This document shows, piece after piece, positions 17,270-27,155 of a DNA stretch of 29,835 bases (within the stretch, counting starts at the first letter, position 1; each line of letters starts with the position of its first letter). A program made the position numbers and the translations under genes. A model generated the notes under the pieces. It was not told where the DNA came from and did no database searches. It saw only the letters and a program-made list of their open reading frames with translations. The DNA is taken from positions 1 through 29,835 of the forward strand of contig JAZDOG010000053.1 in the NCBI GenBank assembly GCA_043798915.1, written 5' to 3'. Source of the DNA: Pseudomonadota bacterium. Its GTDB lineage: Bacteria > UBA10199 > 2-02-FULL-44-16 > JAAZCA01.

Positions 17270-18559
17270 ATGGCAAATCTGGTGGTCGTCGGCACGCAGT
17301 GGGGCGATGAGGGCAAGGGGAAGATAATCGACCTGCTCACGCCCTCCGTGGATGTCGTGGTCCGCTATCAGGGCGGCGCCAATGCCGGCCACACGGTTGT
17401 CATCGGCGAGGAGAAGACGATACTGCATCTGGTGCCGTCGGGCGTCCTGCACAGGAGCTGCCTCTGCATAATCGGCAACGGCGTCGTCGTGGATCCTGAA
17501 GTTCTGATCGACGAGATAAACGGCCTTCATCAGCAAGGCTATCTCAAGGATCCGGCCAAGCTCTCCATCTCGCAGAATGCGCATCTGGTCCTTCCTTATC
17601 ACCGCCTCATCGACGAGCTCAAAGAGGAGGACGCCGGCGGCGCGCGCATAGGCACCACTGGCCGCGGCATAGGGCCGGCCTATGAGGACAAGGTGTCGCG
17701 CATCGGCATACGCGCAGGCGACCTTGCCGATCCTGAGCATCTTCGTCGGCGCATCGAGGCGGTGATTCCGATCAAGAATCGCCAGATCGAGATGCTCGGC
17801 GGCCGTCCGATCGATGCAAAGAAGCTTCTGGAGCAGGCCGCCGAATGGTCCAGGTGCCTCGGCCGCCATGTGGCCGACACCGAAAAACTTCTCCACGATC
17901 AGATGCGGATGGGGAAGAATGTGCTTTTCGAAGGCGCACAGGGCACGGCGCTCGACATCGACCACGGCACGTATCCGTTCGTAACTTCATCCAACACCGT
18001 CGCCGGCGGGGCGTGCGCTGGCGCAGGTGTCGGCCCCACGATGATCGATGATGTGTTGGGGATCACGAAGGCCTACACGACGCGCGTGGGCAACGGGCCT
18101 TTTCCCACGGAGCTCCAGGGCGAGACGGGCGAAAGGCTGCAGAACAGAGGGAAGGAGTTCGGCTCGACCACAGGCCGGAAGCGCCGCTGCGGGTGGTTCG
18201 ATTCGGTGGTGGTCAGGCACGCGGCGCGCGTGAACGGCCTCACGATGCTCGCTATTACGAAGCTCGACGTGCTTTCCGGCAGCGATCCCGTGAGGATCTG
18301 CACCGGCTACAATTCCGGAGGCAGGAAGATCGACTGCTTCCCGCCGTCGGTGGAGGGGTTCGAGAAGATAGAGCCCATCTACGAGGAGATGCCGGGATGG
18401 AAGGAGGACATCTCCCAGGTGCGCAAACTTGAAGATCTTCCAGCAAACGCCAGAAACTATGTCGGACGCATCAGCGAGCTCGCCCACACGCCGATCGCGA
18501 TCCTCTCGGTCGGCTCCGAGCGCAAGGCCAATATCGTCCTCAAAGATCCGTTTGCTTAG
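17270..18559 (+). CDS. purA: Adenylosuccinate synthetase
   Basis: QWGDEGKGK, GGANAGHT, GTTGRGIGPAY, EGAQG, GTYPFVTSS, TGRKRRCGW, TKLDVL. Confidence 0.98.
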   Translation: MANLVVVGTQWGDEGKGKIIDLLTPSVDVVVRYQGGANAGHTVVIGEEKTILHLVPSGVLHRSCLCIIGNGVVVDPEVLIDEINGLHQQGYLKDPAKLSISQNAHLVLPYHRLIDELKEEDAGGARIGTTGRGIGPAYEDKVSRIGIRAGDLADPEHLRRRIEAVIPIKNRQIEMLGGRPIDAKKLLEQAAEWSRCLGRHVADTEKLLHDQMRMGKNVLFEGAQGTALDIDHGTYPFVTSSNTVAGGACAGAGVGPTMIDDVLGITKAYTTRVGNGPFPTELQGETGERLQNRGKEFGSTTGRKRRCGWFDSVVVRHAARVNGLTMLAITKLDVLSGSDPVRICTGYNSGGRKIDCFPPSVEGFEKIEPIYEEMPGWKEDISQVRKLEDLPANARNYVGRISELAHTPIAILSVGSERKANIVLKDPFA

Positions 18560-18581
18560 AGATCGTTCTCTTCGAGATGTG

Positions 18582-19292
18582 CTACAGCCCCAGAAGCAGT
18601 ATCGCAAGCCCGCAGCCCAGGATCACCGCGCCGGCGAAGGCGTGCGTGTAGCGCTCGAACCTGCCGAGGTTCAGGCGCGCGAGTCCTATCGACGACGCCA
18701 TGACGATCGCGAGCATCGTGAGGATCGTGGAGGCGGCGAAAATGCCAGCCGTCAGCGCCGTCCCTGCCGGGCTCGTTCTTGCGGCGGCGTACATGATGAG
18801 CGGGATCAGCGGTTCACAGGGGCCGAAGACGAAGACCGTGAAGAGCACCCACGGCGTGATATTCGCCTTTGTCGAATCGTGCACGTGGATGTGGCCGCCG
18901 CCATGTGAATGCTCATGGATGTGCGCGTCCCCGTCGATGTGCGCGTGGGAGTGTGTGTGAGGCAGGTTTCTGATCGCCCGGTGGATGCCCCATATGAAAT
19001 AGGTGAAGCCGAACGCGGTGAGCAGCCAGGCTGCGATGTTGCCGCGCCACGATTCGAAGATATTGAGCTTGGCTACAGCAACGCCGAGGGCTATTCCCAC
19101 GAATCCCAGCGCCACCGAGCTTGCCACGTGACCGATGCCACAGAGGAGTGTGATGACAGCGGTCCGCGCGCGCGTCCCTTTCCTCGCGCGCGCCATCATG
19201 ATGAACGGGACATAGTGGTCCGGCCCGGCCAGCGTGTGGATGAGGCCCACGGAGGCCGCGGCAGCGACCATCAGCTCTAACTCGTTGTTCAT
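18582..19292 (-). CDS. His-rich membrane protein, nickel/cobalt transporter (UreH/RcnA/NiCoT-like)
   Basis: HTLAGPDH, GHVASS, HTHSHAH..HIHEHSH..HIHVH loop, GPCEPL; about six hydrophobic segments. Confidence 0.75.
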   Translation of the reverse strand: MNNELELMVAAAASVGLIHTLAGPDHYVPFIMMARARKGTRARTAVITLLCGIGHVASSVALGFVGIALGVAVAKLNIFESWRGNIAAWLLTAFGFTYFIWGIHRAIRNLPHTHSHAHIDGDAHIHEHSHGGGHIHVHDSTKANITPWVLFTVFVFGPCEPLIPLIMYAAARTSPAGTALTAGIFAASTILTMLAIVMASSIGLARLNLGRFERYTHAFAGAVILGCGLAILLLGL

Positions 19293-19310
19293 GCCGCCCC
19301 CCTAACACAA

Positions 19311-20612
19311 TTGCAAATTGAGATCAATTGGGACAATCTGCCGCCCTTGGATCTCCTGGACCACATAGCATCTGTCCTCAAGGGCTTCGATATCGAGCCC
19401 AAGCCGCTCGACCGCCTGCTCGACTCCTATTTTCGGCGCCACCGCGGGCTTTCCTCGACCGAGCGCAGGCTCGTCGCCGATGTCGCGTTCGGCGTCGCGA
19501 GATGGCGCCGCCGCCTCGACGGCTGGCTGTCTCTCTCATCCGTCAGGCGCCCCGATCACAGGCTTCGCGCGCTCTGCTATATGCTCTGGCAACGCTCCGC
19601 AGAGACGCGCTCGCTCGATCTTGATGCGATATCGGCTGAAGCCAACATCTCCTGTTCCTTCGACAATCTTTCCGCCGCTGGATTCCCCGGCGGCGATGCC
19701 GGCTTCTATTCGTTTCCGGATTTTTTCTGGCAGATGCTCGTGAGGTCGTATGGAGGGGAGGGTGCGCGCCAGATTGCAGAGAGGCTTAATGCGCCGGCGA
19801 GACCGGTGCTGCGTGCCAACAGCCTCAAGGCCGATCGCGGCTGCGTGCTCAAGATGCTCGCCGGCGACGGTGTTAGCGGCGAGGCGACGATTCGCTCGCC
19901 CTACGGGATAGCCCTCGATCGGCGCGTGGATCTCTCGGCGCTTTCGGCTTATAGGAGCGGGGCGGTGGAGGTGCAGGACGAGGGGAGCCAGCTCGCCGTC
20001 ATCGCGGCGGATCCGCGCCCCGGCGAGATGGTCTTCGATGCGTGCGCGGGCGCGGGCGGCAAGGGGCTGATGATGGCCATGCTCATGCGCGGCAGCGGGC
20101 GCATCGTCGCCTCGGATACGGTCGGCGTGAAACTAAAGGAGCTTGGGAGGAGGGCGATGCGCGCCGGAGCCTCCATGATAGAGGTGCTGGAACATAAAGA
20201 GCTCCGAAGGAGCGGACTCAAGGGGAAGTTTGACGTCGTCTTCGTCGATGCGCCGTGCTCGGGCACCGGCACCCTTCGAAGGAGCCCCGACCTCAAGTGG
20301 CGCATCGATGAATCAGGCATCAGAGAGGGCGCAGAGAGACAGCGGCTCCTCATCTCCGAATACGCGGCTTGGGTGCGCCCGGGCGGAAGACTCATCTATG
20401 CAACCTGCAGCATCCTGCCCGAGGAAAATGAAAGAGTTGTGGAGTGGTTCATCGATCGGGAAGGGTTCAGGGCAAACGACGTCGGCGAAATACTTGAAGC
20501 AGGGGGCATCTCCTCCGATGGCATCGTGACCGATAAGGGGTATCTCAAGACCGACCCGCGGTATGGAGATTGGGATTGCCTGTTCGCGGCATCTCTTGTT
20601 AAGAGTTCCTGA
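19311..20612 (+). CDS. RsmB/NOP family RNA m5C methyltransferase
   Basis: VQDEGSQL, DACAGAGGK, DAPCSGTG, YATCS; TTG start uncertain. Confidence 0.9.
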   Translation: MQIEINWDNLPPLDLLDHIASVLKGFDIEPKPLDRLLDSYFRRHRGLSSTERRLVADVAFGVARWRRRLDGWLSLSSVRRPDHRLRALCYMLWQRSAETRSLDLDAISAEANISCSFDNLSAAGFPGGDAGFYSFPDFFWQMLVRSYGGEGARQIAERLNAPARPVLRANSLKADRGCVLKMLAGDGVSGEATIRSPYGIALDRRVDLSALSAYRSGAVEVQDEGSQLAVIAADPRPGEMVFDACAGAGGKGLMMAMLMRGSGRIVASDTVGVKLKELGRRAMRAGASMIEVLEHKELRRSGLKGKFDVVFVDAPCSGTGTLRRSPDLKWRIDESGIREGAERQRLLISEYAAWVRPGGRLIYATCSILPEENERVVEWFIDREGFRANDVGEILEAGGISSDGIVTDKGYLKTDPRYGDWDCLFAASLVKSS

Positions 20613-20717
20613 CAATAAAAAACCGAGGGGAGAGAGCGGAAGGCCATACCTCTAGAATTCAAGATGAACATGGTTTTAACGGTAATGGTTGCATTTTTTT
20701 ATTTTTCTGATTAAAAA

Positions 20718-20745
20718 TTGACAGGGTGGATATCAATAGTATAAT
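20718..20745 (+). promoter_or_regulatory. Consensus sigma70 promoter of the two-component operon
   Basis: TTGACA(20718-20723)-N16-TATAAT(20740-20745); AGGAG RBS follows. Confidence 0.8.
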
Positions 20746-20775
20746 TTGTTTTAAATAAAGAGGAGATTCGGATTT

Positions 20776-21390
20776 ATGAAAGAGATACTCACGACCTTTG
20801 AGGCAGCAAAACTTTGCCATGTGAGCTACAACACGATCAAGAACTGGATCAAGCGGGGAATCCTTGATGCATATCGCACTGCCGGCGGGCATTTGCGGAT
20901 CAGGACAACGAACCTCGAGATATTCTGCCGTGAGCACAGCATCCCCATGGACAAACAGGCGGATCCATCGCTTCGCAAGGTGCTCGTCATCGACGATGAA
21001 GAGGCGATCCGGGTGGCGCTGCAGGAGACGCTCACGCAGTATTCCGAGAAGCTGGATATCTACACTGCGGCGGACGGCTTCGAGGCGGGCTCGCTCATGG
21101 AGTCGGTCAAGCCTGATCTTGTCATGCTCGATCTCGTCATGCCTGGTATGGACGGCTTCAAGGTCTGCCAGAGCATCCGCCGTTCGCCTGCACTCCGGCA
21201 CGTGAAGATTGCCGTGCTCACCGGTTTTCCCTCAGACCGCAACTTCGAGCGCGCCACGGAGCTCGGAGCCGATGTCTGCCTGGCCAAACCCATAGACCGG
21301 GCGCTCCTCTTCGAGTCCATCAAATCGCTGCTTGAGCCCAGCCGCGGGGTCCGCGGCCGGAGGCGCAAGAAGGCCAAGCGAAAGAAATGA
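20776..21390 (+). CDS. Response regulator with N-terminal excisionase-like (HTH_17) DNA-binding domain
   Basis: LTTFEAAKLCHVS..TIKNWI..G.L.AYRTAGGHLRI; receiver motifs VIDDE, LDLVMPGMDG, LTG and KP. Confidence 0.9.
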   Translation: MKEILTTFEAAKLCHVSYNTIKNWIKRGILDAYRTAGGHLRIRTTNLEIFCREHSIPMDKQADPSLRKVLVIDDEEAIRVALQETLTQYSEKLDIYTAADGFEAGSLMESVKPDLVMLDLVMPGMDGFKVCQSIRRSPALRHVKIAVLTGFPSDRNFERATELGADVCLAKPIDRALLFESIKSLLEPSRGVRGRRRKKAKRKK

Positions 21391-23033
21391 GCTTAAAGTC
21401 CTCAAAGGACAACGGCGGGCGGAGATGCATGGAGAGGCTCTACGAGGTGCTCGTCGAGTCCGTCGATGACGTCGTGTTCGTGGTCGGGCGCGATGGGCGC
21501 TATGAGATGTTCAACGAGCGCGGCATGGACCGCCTTGGTCTCGACAGGAAGAACACCGTTGGCCGAATCCCCTCGGAGCTTTTCGGCGAGTCCGCAGGCC
21601 TTCGCATGGAGGCCCGCAACAGGAAGGTCATGGAAAGCGGGAAGCCGCTTGTGCAGGAGGAGTGGCTGACCATAGGGCAGAATAATTATTGTTTCTCCAC
21701 ATCGCTGGCTCCGATCTTCGACGAAAAGGGTAAGGTCGCGGGCGTTGTGGGAATCGCCAGGGACGTAACGGAAATCAAGCATATGACGGAGGAGATCGAC
21801 GCCTATGCCAGGGAGATGGAGTCGATGGTCGATCAGCGCGTTCGGTATGAGCGCCTGGTGGCGGAGCTGACGCAGGAGGCGATGAAACGGCAGAAACTGG
21901 ATGACTTCTTCGATGCCATGATACGCCGGACGGGAGAGGCCCTGGGCGTCAGCCGCTCGTACCTCTTTGAGTACGATGGGAAGCGCCAGAGGGTCACCAG
22001 TATTCACGAGTGGATTGCCCCCGGCATAAAGTCCATGAAGTATCTCACCCAGAATATAGGCCTCGATTCCCAGCCATGGGCGGCTGGCCAGCTGCTGGCG
22101 GGCGAGTCGATCTGCATCGAAGACGTCAGGAACGCACCTTCGCCGGAATTTAAGGAACTGCTCGAGAAGTTTGGAGTCAAATCCGTTCTCATCCTTCCGA
22201 TCTCCGCGTTCGGGAACCCGTATGGTTTCCTGGCTTTTGACGAGTGCGTCCTCCACAGGCATTGGGAGGATGTCGACATCGATCTTCTGAAATCGGTCGG
22301 GCGCATCATATCGCAGACGATCGAGCGCACGAGGCTGGAGGACGAGATCATAAGGACGGAGAAGCTTGCCGCCACCGGCCGGCTAGCCGCGAGCCTGGCG
22401 CACGAAATCAACAACCCGCTTCAGGGGGTGCTCCTTCATCTCGAGGCCGTCTATGGCCATGTGGAGAAGGGGAAGGAACGGAACCTCGAGTATATAAGAG
22501 AGGGCTTTCAGCGGATATCGAAGATCGTCTCGCGCCTGCTCGATCTGCACAGGGGTGCGCAGAAGACCGAAGATGTGAACATCAACAAGGTGCTGAAAGA
22601 CTCATTCAATCTCGTAGCCAGCCAGCTCGATCACAGGGGATGCACGGTGAACTGGAACCTGGAAGAGGCGCTGCCGGGCGTGCGCGGCGATGCAACGCAG
22701 CTTCACCAGGTCTTTCTCAATATTCTGCTCAATGCCCTGGACAGCATGAAGAACGGGGGGGCGCTCAGGATCTTGACTTCGAGGTCGGTGGATGGCGTCG
22801 CGATCGACATAGACGACACCGGCGCCGGGATCGACGAGGAGCGCCTGCCATATCTCTTCGAACCCTTCTACAGCGACAAGCGGGAGCACGGCGCCGGCCT
22901 CGGCCTCTTTGTCTCCCATTCGATCGTGTCCGACCACGGAGGCAGGATAGAGGTGAGCAGCAGGAAGGGCGCCGGCACGAATGTGCGCGTCATGCTCCCT
23001 GCCAGCAAGCCGCGGTCTGCCTCAAGGAATTAG
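21387..23033 (+). CDS. Cytoplasmic PAS-GAF sensor histidine kinase
   Basis: PAS/PAC (GIARDVTE); GAF-like region; H box AHEINNPL; N box NILLNA; DDTGAGI, FEPFY and GLGL. Confidence 0.92.
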   Translation: MSLKSSKDNGGRRCMERLYEVLVESVDDVVFVVGRDGRYEMFNERGMDRLGLDRKNTVGRIPSELFGESAGLRMEARNRKVMESGKPLVQEEWLTIGQNNYCFSTSLAPIFDEKGKVAGVVGIARDVTEIKHMTEEIDAYAREMESMVDQRVRYERLVAELTQEAMKRQKLDDFFDAMIRRTGEALGVSRSYLFEYDGKRQRVTSIHEWIAPGIKSMKYLTQNIGLDSQPWAAGQLLAGESICIEDVRNAPSPEFKELLEKFGVKSVLILPISAFGNPYGFLAFDECVLHRHWEDVDIDLLKSVGRIISQTIERTRLEDEIIRTEKLAATGRLAASLAHEINNPLQGVLLHLEAVYGHVEKGKERNLEYIREGFQRISKIVSRLLDLHRGAQKTEDVNINKVLKDSFNLVASQLDHRGCTVNWNLEEALPGVRGDATQLHQVFLNILLNALDSMKNGGALRILTSRSVDGVAIDIDDTGAGIDEERLPYLFEPFYSDKREHGAGLGLFVSHSIVSDHGGRIEVSSRKGAGTNVRVMLPASKPRSASRN

Positions 23034-23085
23034 ATGAAAGACGTTCCTGCTTCAGCTGATGGCGCCGGCATCTCGAGAGCACTCT

Positions 23086-23117
23086 AAAAAAACGGAGGGC
23101 CAGATGGCCCTCCGTTT
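23086..23117 (-). terminator. Rho-independent terminator (probably bidirectional)
   Basis: AAACGGAGGGCC-agat-GGCCCTCCGTTT with an A-tract on the left; lies between convergent genes. Confidence 0.8.
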
Positions 23118-23146
23118 GTGTCCTGCATCAAAATCGCGTTCCGGCG

Positions 23147-23614
23147 TCACATGTCGTTGTCCCAGCGCTGCTGGAGCACGAAGCCCTTGTCGGCCGGCTT
23201 CTTGGCTGGCGCCGGCGGGGCGGCTTCGGACGGGGCGCTGAATTCGATCTCTATGTCGAGGGCATAGAGTTTCGTCCCGTTGGGGCGCTTGGTGACAAGC
23301 GTGTGATGCTCCTTTGTGACAGTGAAGTCGCTCTTGTCATAGGCGAGGTTCATACCCTTTGTCGACGACATGACCTTTGCGAGGACTTTGTCCCATATTT
23401 CGCTGCTCACCTTGTCGCGAACGGCATCCCGGTTGAGGCTCGGATATTTCGCGGTGTCAAGCGTCCAGTCGACATAGAAAGTGACGCGCCCATCCTTCGC
23501 CAGGTCGCCCGTCATGTCGATCTTGTTGGGCCCGGTCTTGGCGTTTGCCGCCATCGCCGGCACGGCAATCAGCGCGAGCAGCACCGCTGCGAGAAATACT
23601 CTGCTTTTCTTCAT
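23147..23614 (-). CDS. Exported hypothetical protein
   Basis: Signal peptide MKKSRVFLAAVLLALIAVPAMA; GGGGG RBS; host-like codon usage. Confidence 0.8.
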   Translation of the reverse strand: MKKSRVFLAAVLLALIAVPAMAANAKTGPNKIDMTGDLAKDGRVTFYVDWTLDTAKYPSLNRDAVRDKVSSEIWDKVLAKVMSSTKGMNLAYDKSDFTVTKEHHTLVTKRPNGTKLYALDIEIEFSAPSEAAPPAPAKKPADKGFVLQQRWDNDM

Positions 23615-23696
23615 ATCGACCCCCTTTTTTTTTGATGTGGCCCGCATTATTATGCCGACACCGTGAAAGAGTCAATCGCAGATTGGATATCGACCT

Positions 23697-24966
23697 TCAC
23701 CAATTCCGCGATGCGCCGCCGCCGCCGGAGCTGCCGCCGCCGAATGAGCTGCCGCTCGAGGATGATGATCCGAATGACGAACCCCCGGAGTGCCTTCCCG
23801 AGGAGCGAGAGGATGTCGAGAGTTTCTCTTCCTTGTGGCTTTGCCTGAAGTCGCACGTCGGGTTCAGGCATACCTCCGTGATAAGTATCTCATTATCCCC
23901 GGCATCTTTTTTTTTGCCGCATGATCGAATTCCACGAGCACTTGGGACAGGGTTTTTGATCGGTGAGCTTGACGATAGTGTGCTCCTTATGGCCGCAGCC
24001 TGGGCAGGTCCAGAGTTCGTGCGCCACGTTTTCCGCTCTCTCCTCGGCCTGTTCCCTGGTGGAGAGGATGTGCGCCTCATCATCTTGGCTCCCCAGGTCC
24101 ATGGCATGGCGGCACGAGGGGCAGGCCAATCGGTAGCGCGATGTGTGGAAGAGAAGAACCGCCCTCACAAGAAATTCGATGACGAATGTGGCCGCCACAG
24201 CGACAAAAAAGTACCCGAATGAGGCGGTAACTGAATCGGTGAGATAGGCGACGAAAAACGCGGCAACCCCTCCGAGGATCAGGAGGATGATGGGAAAGAC
24301 ATAGCGGTTTTTCAATATGTCAGTCTTCTCCGCTCTCGATCGCTTCCTGATGACGATGGAGATCAATCCGCCGTAGGCGGCGAGCGTCAGGGCGCAGATC
24401 GCATAGAGAAAATAGCGCAGAGGCGCGAATCTGTCGGTCTCCTTGACCTGTTGCTGCGGCATGGGCTCGTTTTTGACGACTGCCGCAACGGCCTCTGCGA
24501 GGCTGATAAGGCCTCCGCCGAAGTCCTTGTCGCGGAAGCGTGGGAGCGCATAGTCGTCTATGAGACGACCCGTCTTTGCATCAGGGAGCGCGCCTTCGAG
24601 GCCGTAGCCGACTTCTATCCGAACCTTCCTGTCATCGCGCGATACGAGGATGAGGATGCCGTTGTTGAGTCCCCTCTTCCCGATGCCGAATTGCTTGAAG
24701 AGCTTCTCGGCGTAATCCTCGATGACCTGTCCCTCCAGCGAATCCACTGCGACCACGGCCATCTCCGCGCCGCTGTCGCGCTCCAGCCCGGCGCATATCT
24801 CTTCGATGCTGCCCTTCGCCTCGGCAGAGAGCAGCAAGGCCGAATCCTGGACGAAGCCGCCGGACGACGAGCGGGGATTAGGGACATCCTCGACCTTCAT
24901 CCCCATATTGAACAGCAGCAACAGCGCCAACAGGGCCGCAGGGCACCAACGCCGTTTCGCTTTCAT
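23697..24966 (-). pseudogene. TPM-domain membrane protein with zinc-ribbon region, frameshifted at an A9 tract
   Basis: TPM motifs IGKRGLNNGILILV and RIEVGYGLEGALPD; the characteristic FGGGSSGGGGASRNW tail is in another frame after 23907-23915. Confidence 0.8.
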
Positions 24967-25229
24967 ATTGTCCCCCTTACGCGCACAGGCCGCGCAGTTC
25001 GGATGCCCGGGTCACCCTCTGGATCGCAACCACGAACGCCGCAACGCGCATGTTGACCTCGTGCTGTTTCGATGTAAAGAAAGCCGCGGTGTTTGTCAAA
25101 TCATGCAGGCATCAGGCTGAATGACAAAAACTGTCAGCAAATTTTTAAGATAAGAGCCACTTTAAAACACTTTAAAACATTTTCATTTCAACAAAAATAT
25201 GGCATTAATCTAGAAAAATGGGGGGGGAT

Positions 25230-26489
25230 ATGAAAAAAATTTTAAATCTTGGCTGTAGTTTCGCGTTTTTAGTTTTGAGCTTTACGCTCTCGTCATGCGG
25301 TTCCAGCAGTTCATCGAGTTCTAATACGGACGCGTTGGACTACGCTAAATTCGGTCAAACAGTCGATTCTGCCATTCCGGCAGGCCTGAAAGCGGGAGGG
25401 GCGAATGCGGACATTGCTGCAATTATTACAAAGACACTTTCGGGGACGTGTGCGAGTCCTAACTTTGAAAGTTGCCCTTACATCACAACGTCCGGTGGTG
25501 GTGATGAAAATTCCGGGGAAATATTGATGAGGCTTTGGTCGCTGGACTATCACAGTGATTGTACTGATGCCCTCATCACAGCCGGCACATGTTTTGAATG
25601 CAAAGATTGTGGCACTGGCTATAATAACAGATTCGTCAAGCCAACAATGATATCCAGCCCGACATCTTGCGCCCTTGCTAACACGGCAACCGCATACTAC
25701 GTCAATCTTGGTGTCGATCCCTGTTTTTTTGATACGATAATTGGCAATATCTCAAATATCCCTGCATGCAAGACCGTAGCGGGAGGGACTGTTAATATTT
25801 CCACTGCGGTGCCGTGGTATGCATCGTGGGGGATCCCGCAGACAATCAGTTTTTCAAGCTATTATAAGGACTCTAACAGTCGTAACATCTGGTGGACCGT
25901 CAACGATGGCGCCGCGGGTAGCGCGCAGTATTTCTTTTCACTTGATTCAAACTGGCTCCATGTCGGACTCAAAGATACATCGGCCGACAAATTCCTTTTT
26001 CTTGGCACCGGTTCGCCCGCGTACTATCAAGCCGAGGCCACTGCGGGGGGGTATACAACTGGTGTGAACATCTCGGCATATGCCGGGACCATTTCTGCCA
26101 TTCCGGCGCAGTTCGAGGCGATACAAGTCAGGGTGCAGGATCCGAATAAATATATTGAACGCATGAAGTCGAATGGCAGTTATCTGTGGTATCAGGGGTG
26201 GTCAAAGTCTGCCGGGACATTCCCTGAGACCGCGAGCGACGTTGATACATACAAGAACAACCCCAGCACCAACCGGTGCGTTCAAATCGGCTCAAGCGTT
26301 GTTCTTTCAAAATATGTCCCTCTGGACAGTTGTGTCACATCGTTTGGCAAGGCGAGCACCACAGAACTGAACCAGGACAGCAATTACACCCTTAAGATTA
26401 TAGACGGCACAACCGTCAGCGCGGTTAGTTTCACGACCTCCCTGACACCGACGGTTACAGAATCATCATGTCTGCCGGCCACACAGTAG
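25230..26489 (+). CDS. Cys-rich hypothetical lipoprotein
   Basis: MKK..LSSC lipobox followed by a poly-Ser linker; Thr/Ser/Cys-rich; AT-richer than the backbone. Confidence 0.8.
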   Translation: MKKILNLGCSFAFLVLSFTLSSCGSSSSSSSNTDALDYAKFGQTVDSAIPAGLKAGGANADIAAIITKTLSGTCASPNFESCPYITTSGGGDENSGEILMRLWSLDYHSDCTDALITAGTCFECKDCGTGYNNRFVKPTMISSPTSCALANTATAYYVNLGVDPCFFDTIIGNISNIPACKTVAGGTVNISTAVPWYASWGIPQTISFSSYYKDSNSRNIWWTVNDGAAGSAQYFFSLDSNWLHVGLKDTSADKFLFLGTGSPAYYQAEATAGGYTTGVNISAYAGTISAIPAQFEAIQVRVQDPNKYIERMKSNGSYLWYQGWSKSAGTFPETASDVDTYKNNPSTNRCVQIGSSVVLSKYVPLDSCVTSFGKASTTELNQDSNYTLKIIDGTTVSAVSFTTSLTPTVTESSCLPATQ

Positions 26490-26557
26490 GCAGTATCATT
26501 CGCGCACTTTAAGGGAACTGAACGAGGATGTACGTTCAAATTAAGAACGGAAAAACT

Positions 26558-27058
26558 ATGATAAGAATACATCTTGCCTGTGTTATTTTCATTTGCCTGA
26601 TAAGCATAAACGCCTATGGAAAACAGTCGTATTGGCTTAACTCAACACGAACTTCTGCTGATTACGAGAGTGATTATAATGGCTGCCGAGGCATGCAAAT
26701 GTCCCCCGACGATTCTAAAACCAACGCATGTCTTATGCATTTGGGATGGTGTCCTGTAACCAAAAACGAAATTAAGCGTGGCGCAAACTGTGGCATGGGG
26801 CAAAAGGTCATGGGGGAACAAAAAAATGTTATATTGAAGGAGTTTAACGGGCGTTACAATAGTATTGAAATTGGAATGTCAAAGAAACAGGTTGGTGAGT
26901 TGATGGGAATAGAACCAACTGATAAAGTGGCTGTAAGTACAAAAGATGGCGCACTTGAGTGTTGGTTATGGAACACGAAATCAGGCAATAAATCAATTTT
27001 ATTTATGAAAGGAACTGTTGTTCAGATCGGAATATCTTCCTGCCTCGACTTCATGTAG
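26558..27058 (+). CDS. Exported hypothetical protein with SmpA/BamE-like C-terminal motif
   Basis: Hydrophobic N terminus ending AYG; IEIGMSKKQVGELMG..P...W.W motif; AT-rich. Confidence 0.65.
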   Translation: MIRIHLACVIFICLISINAYGKQSYWLNSTRTSADYESDYNGCRGMQMSPDDSKTNACLMHLGWCPVTKNEIKRGANCGMGQKVMGEQKNVILKEFNGRYNSIEIGMSKKQVGELMGIEPTDKVAVSTKDGALECWLWNTKSGNKSILFMKGTVVQIGISSCLDFM

Positions 27059-27102
27059 CAGCAACAGCCTTAAATTCGGGGATACACTTGATTAGATCAA
27101 GA

Positions 27103-27138
27103 AAAGAAAAAACCCACCTTGCGGTGAGCTTTTTCTTT
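27103..27138. terminator. Bidirectional Rho-independent terminator
   Basis: AAAGAAAAAACCCACC-ttgc-GGTGAGCTTTTTCTTT between convergent genes. Confidence 0.65.
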
Positions 27139-27155
27139 ACTGAGGATTATTTGTG

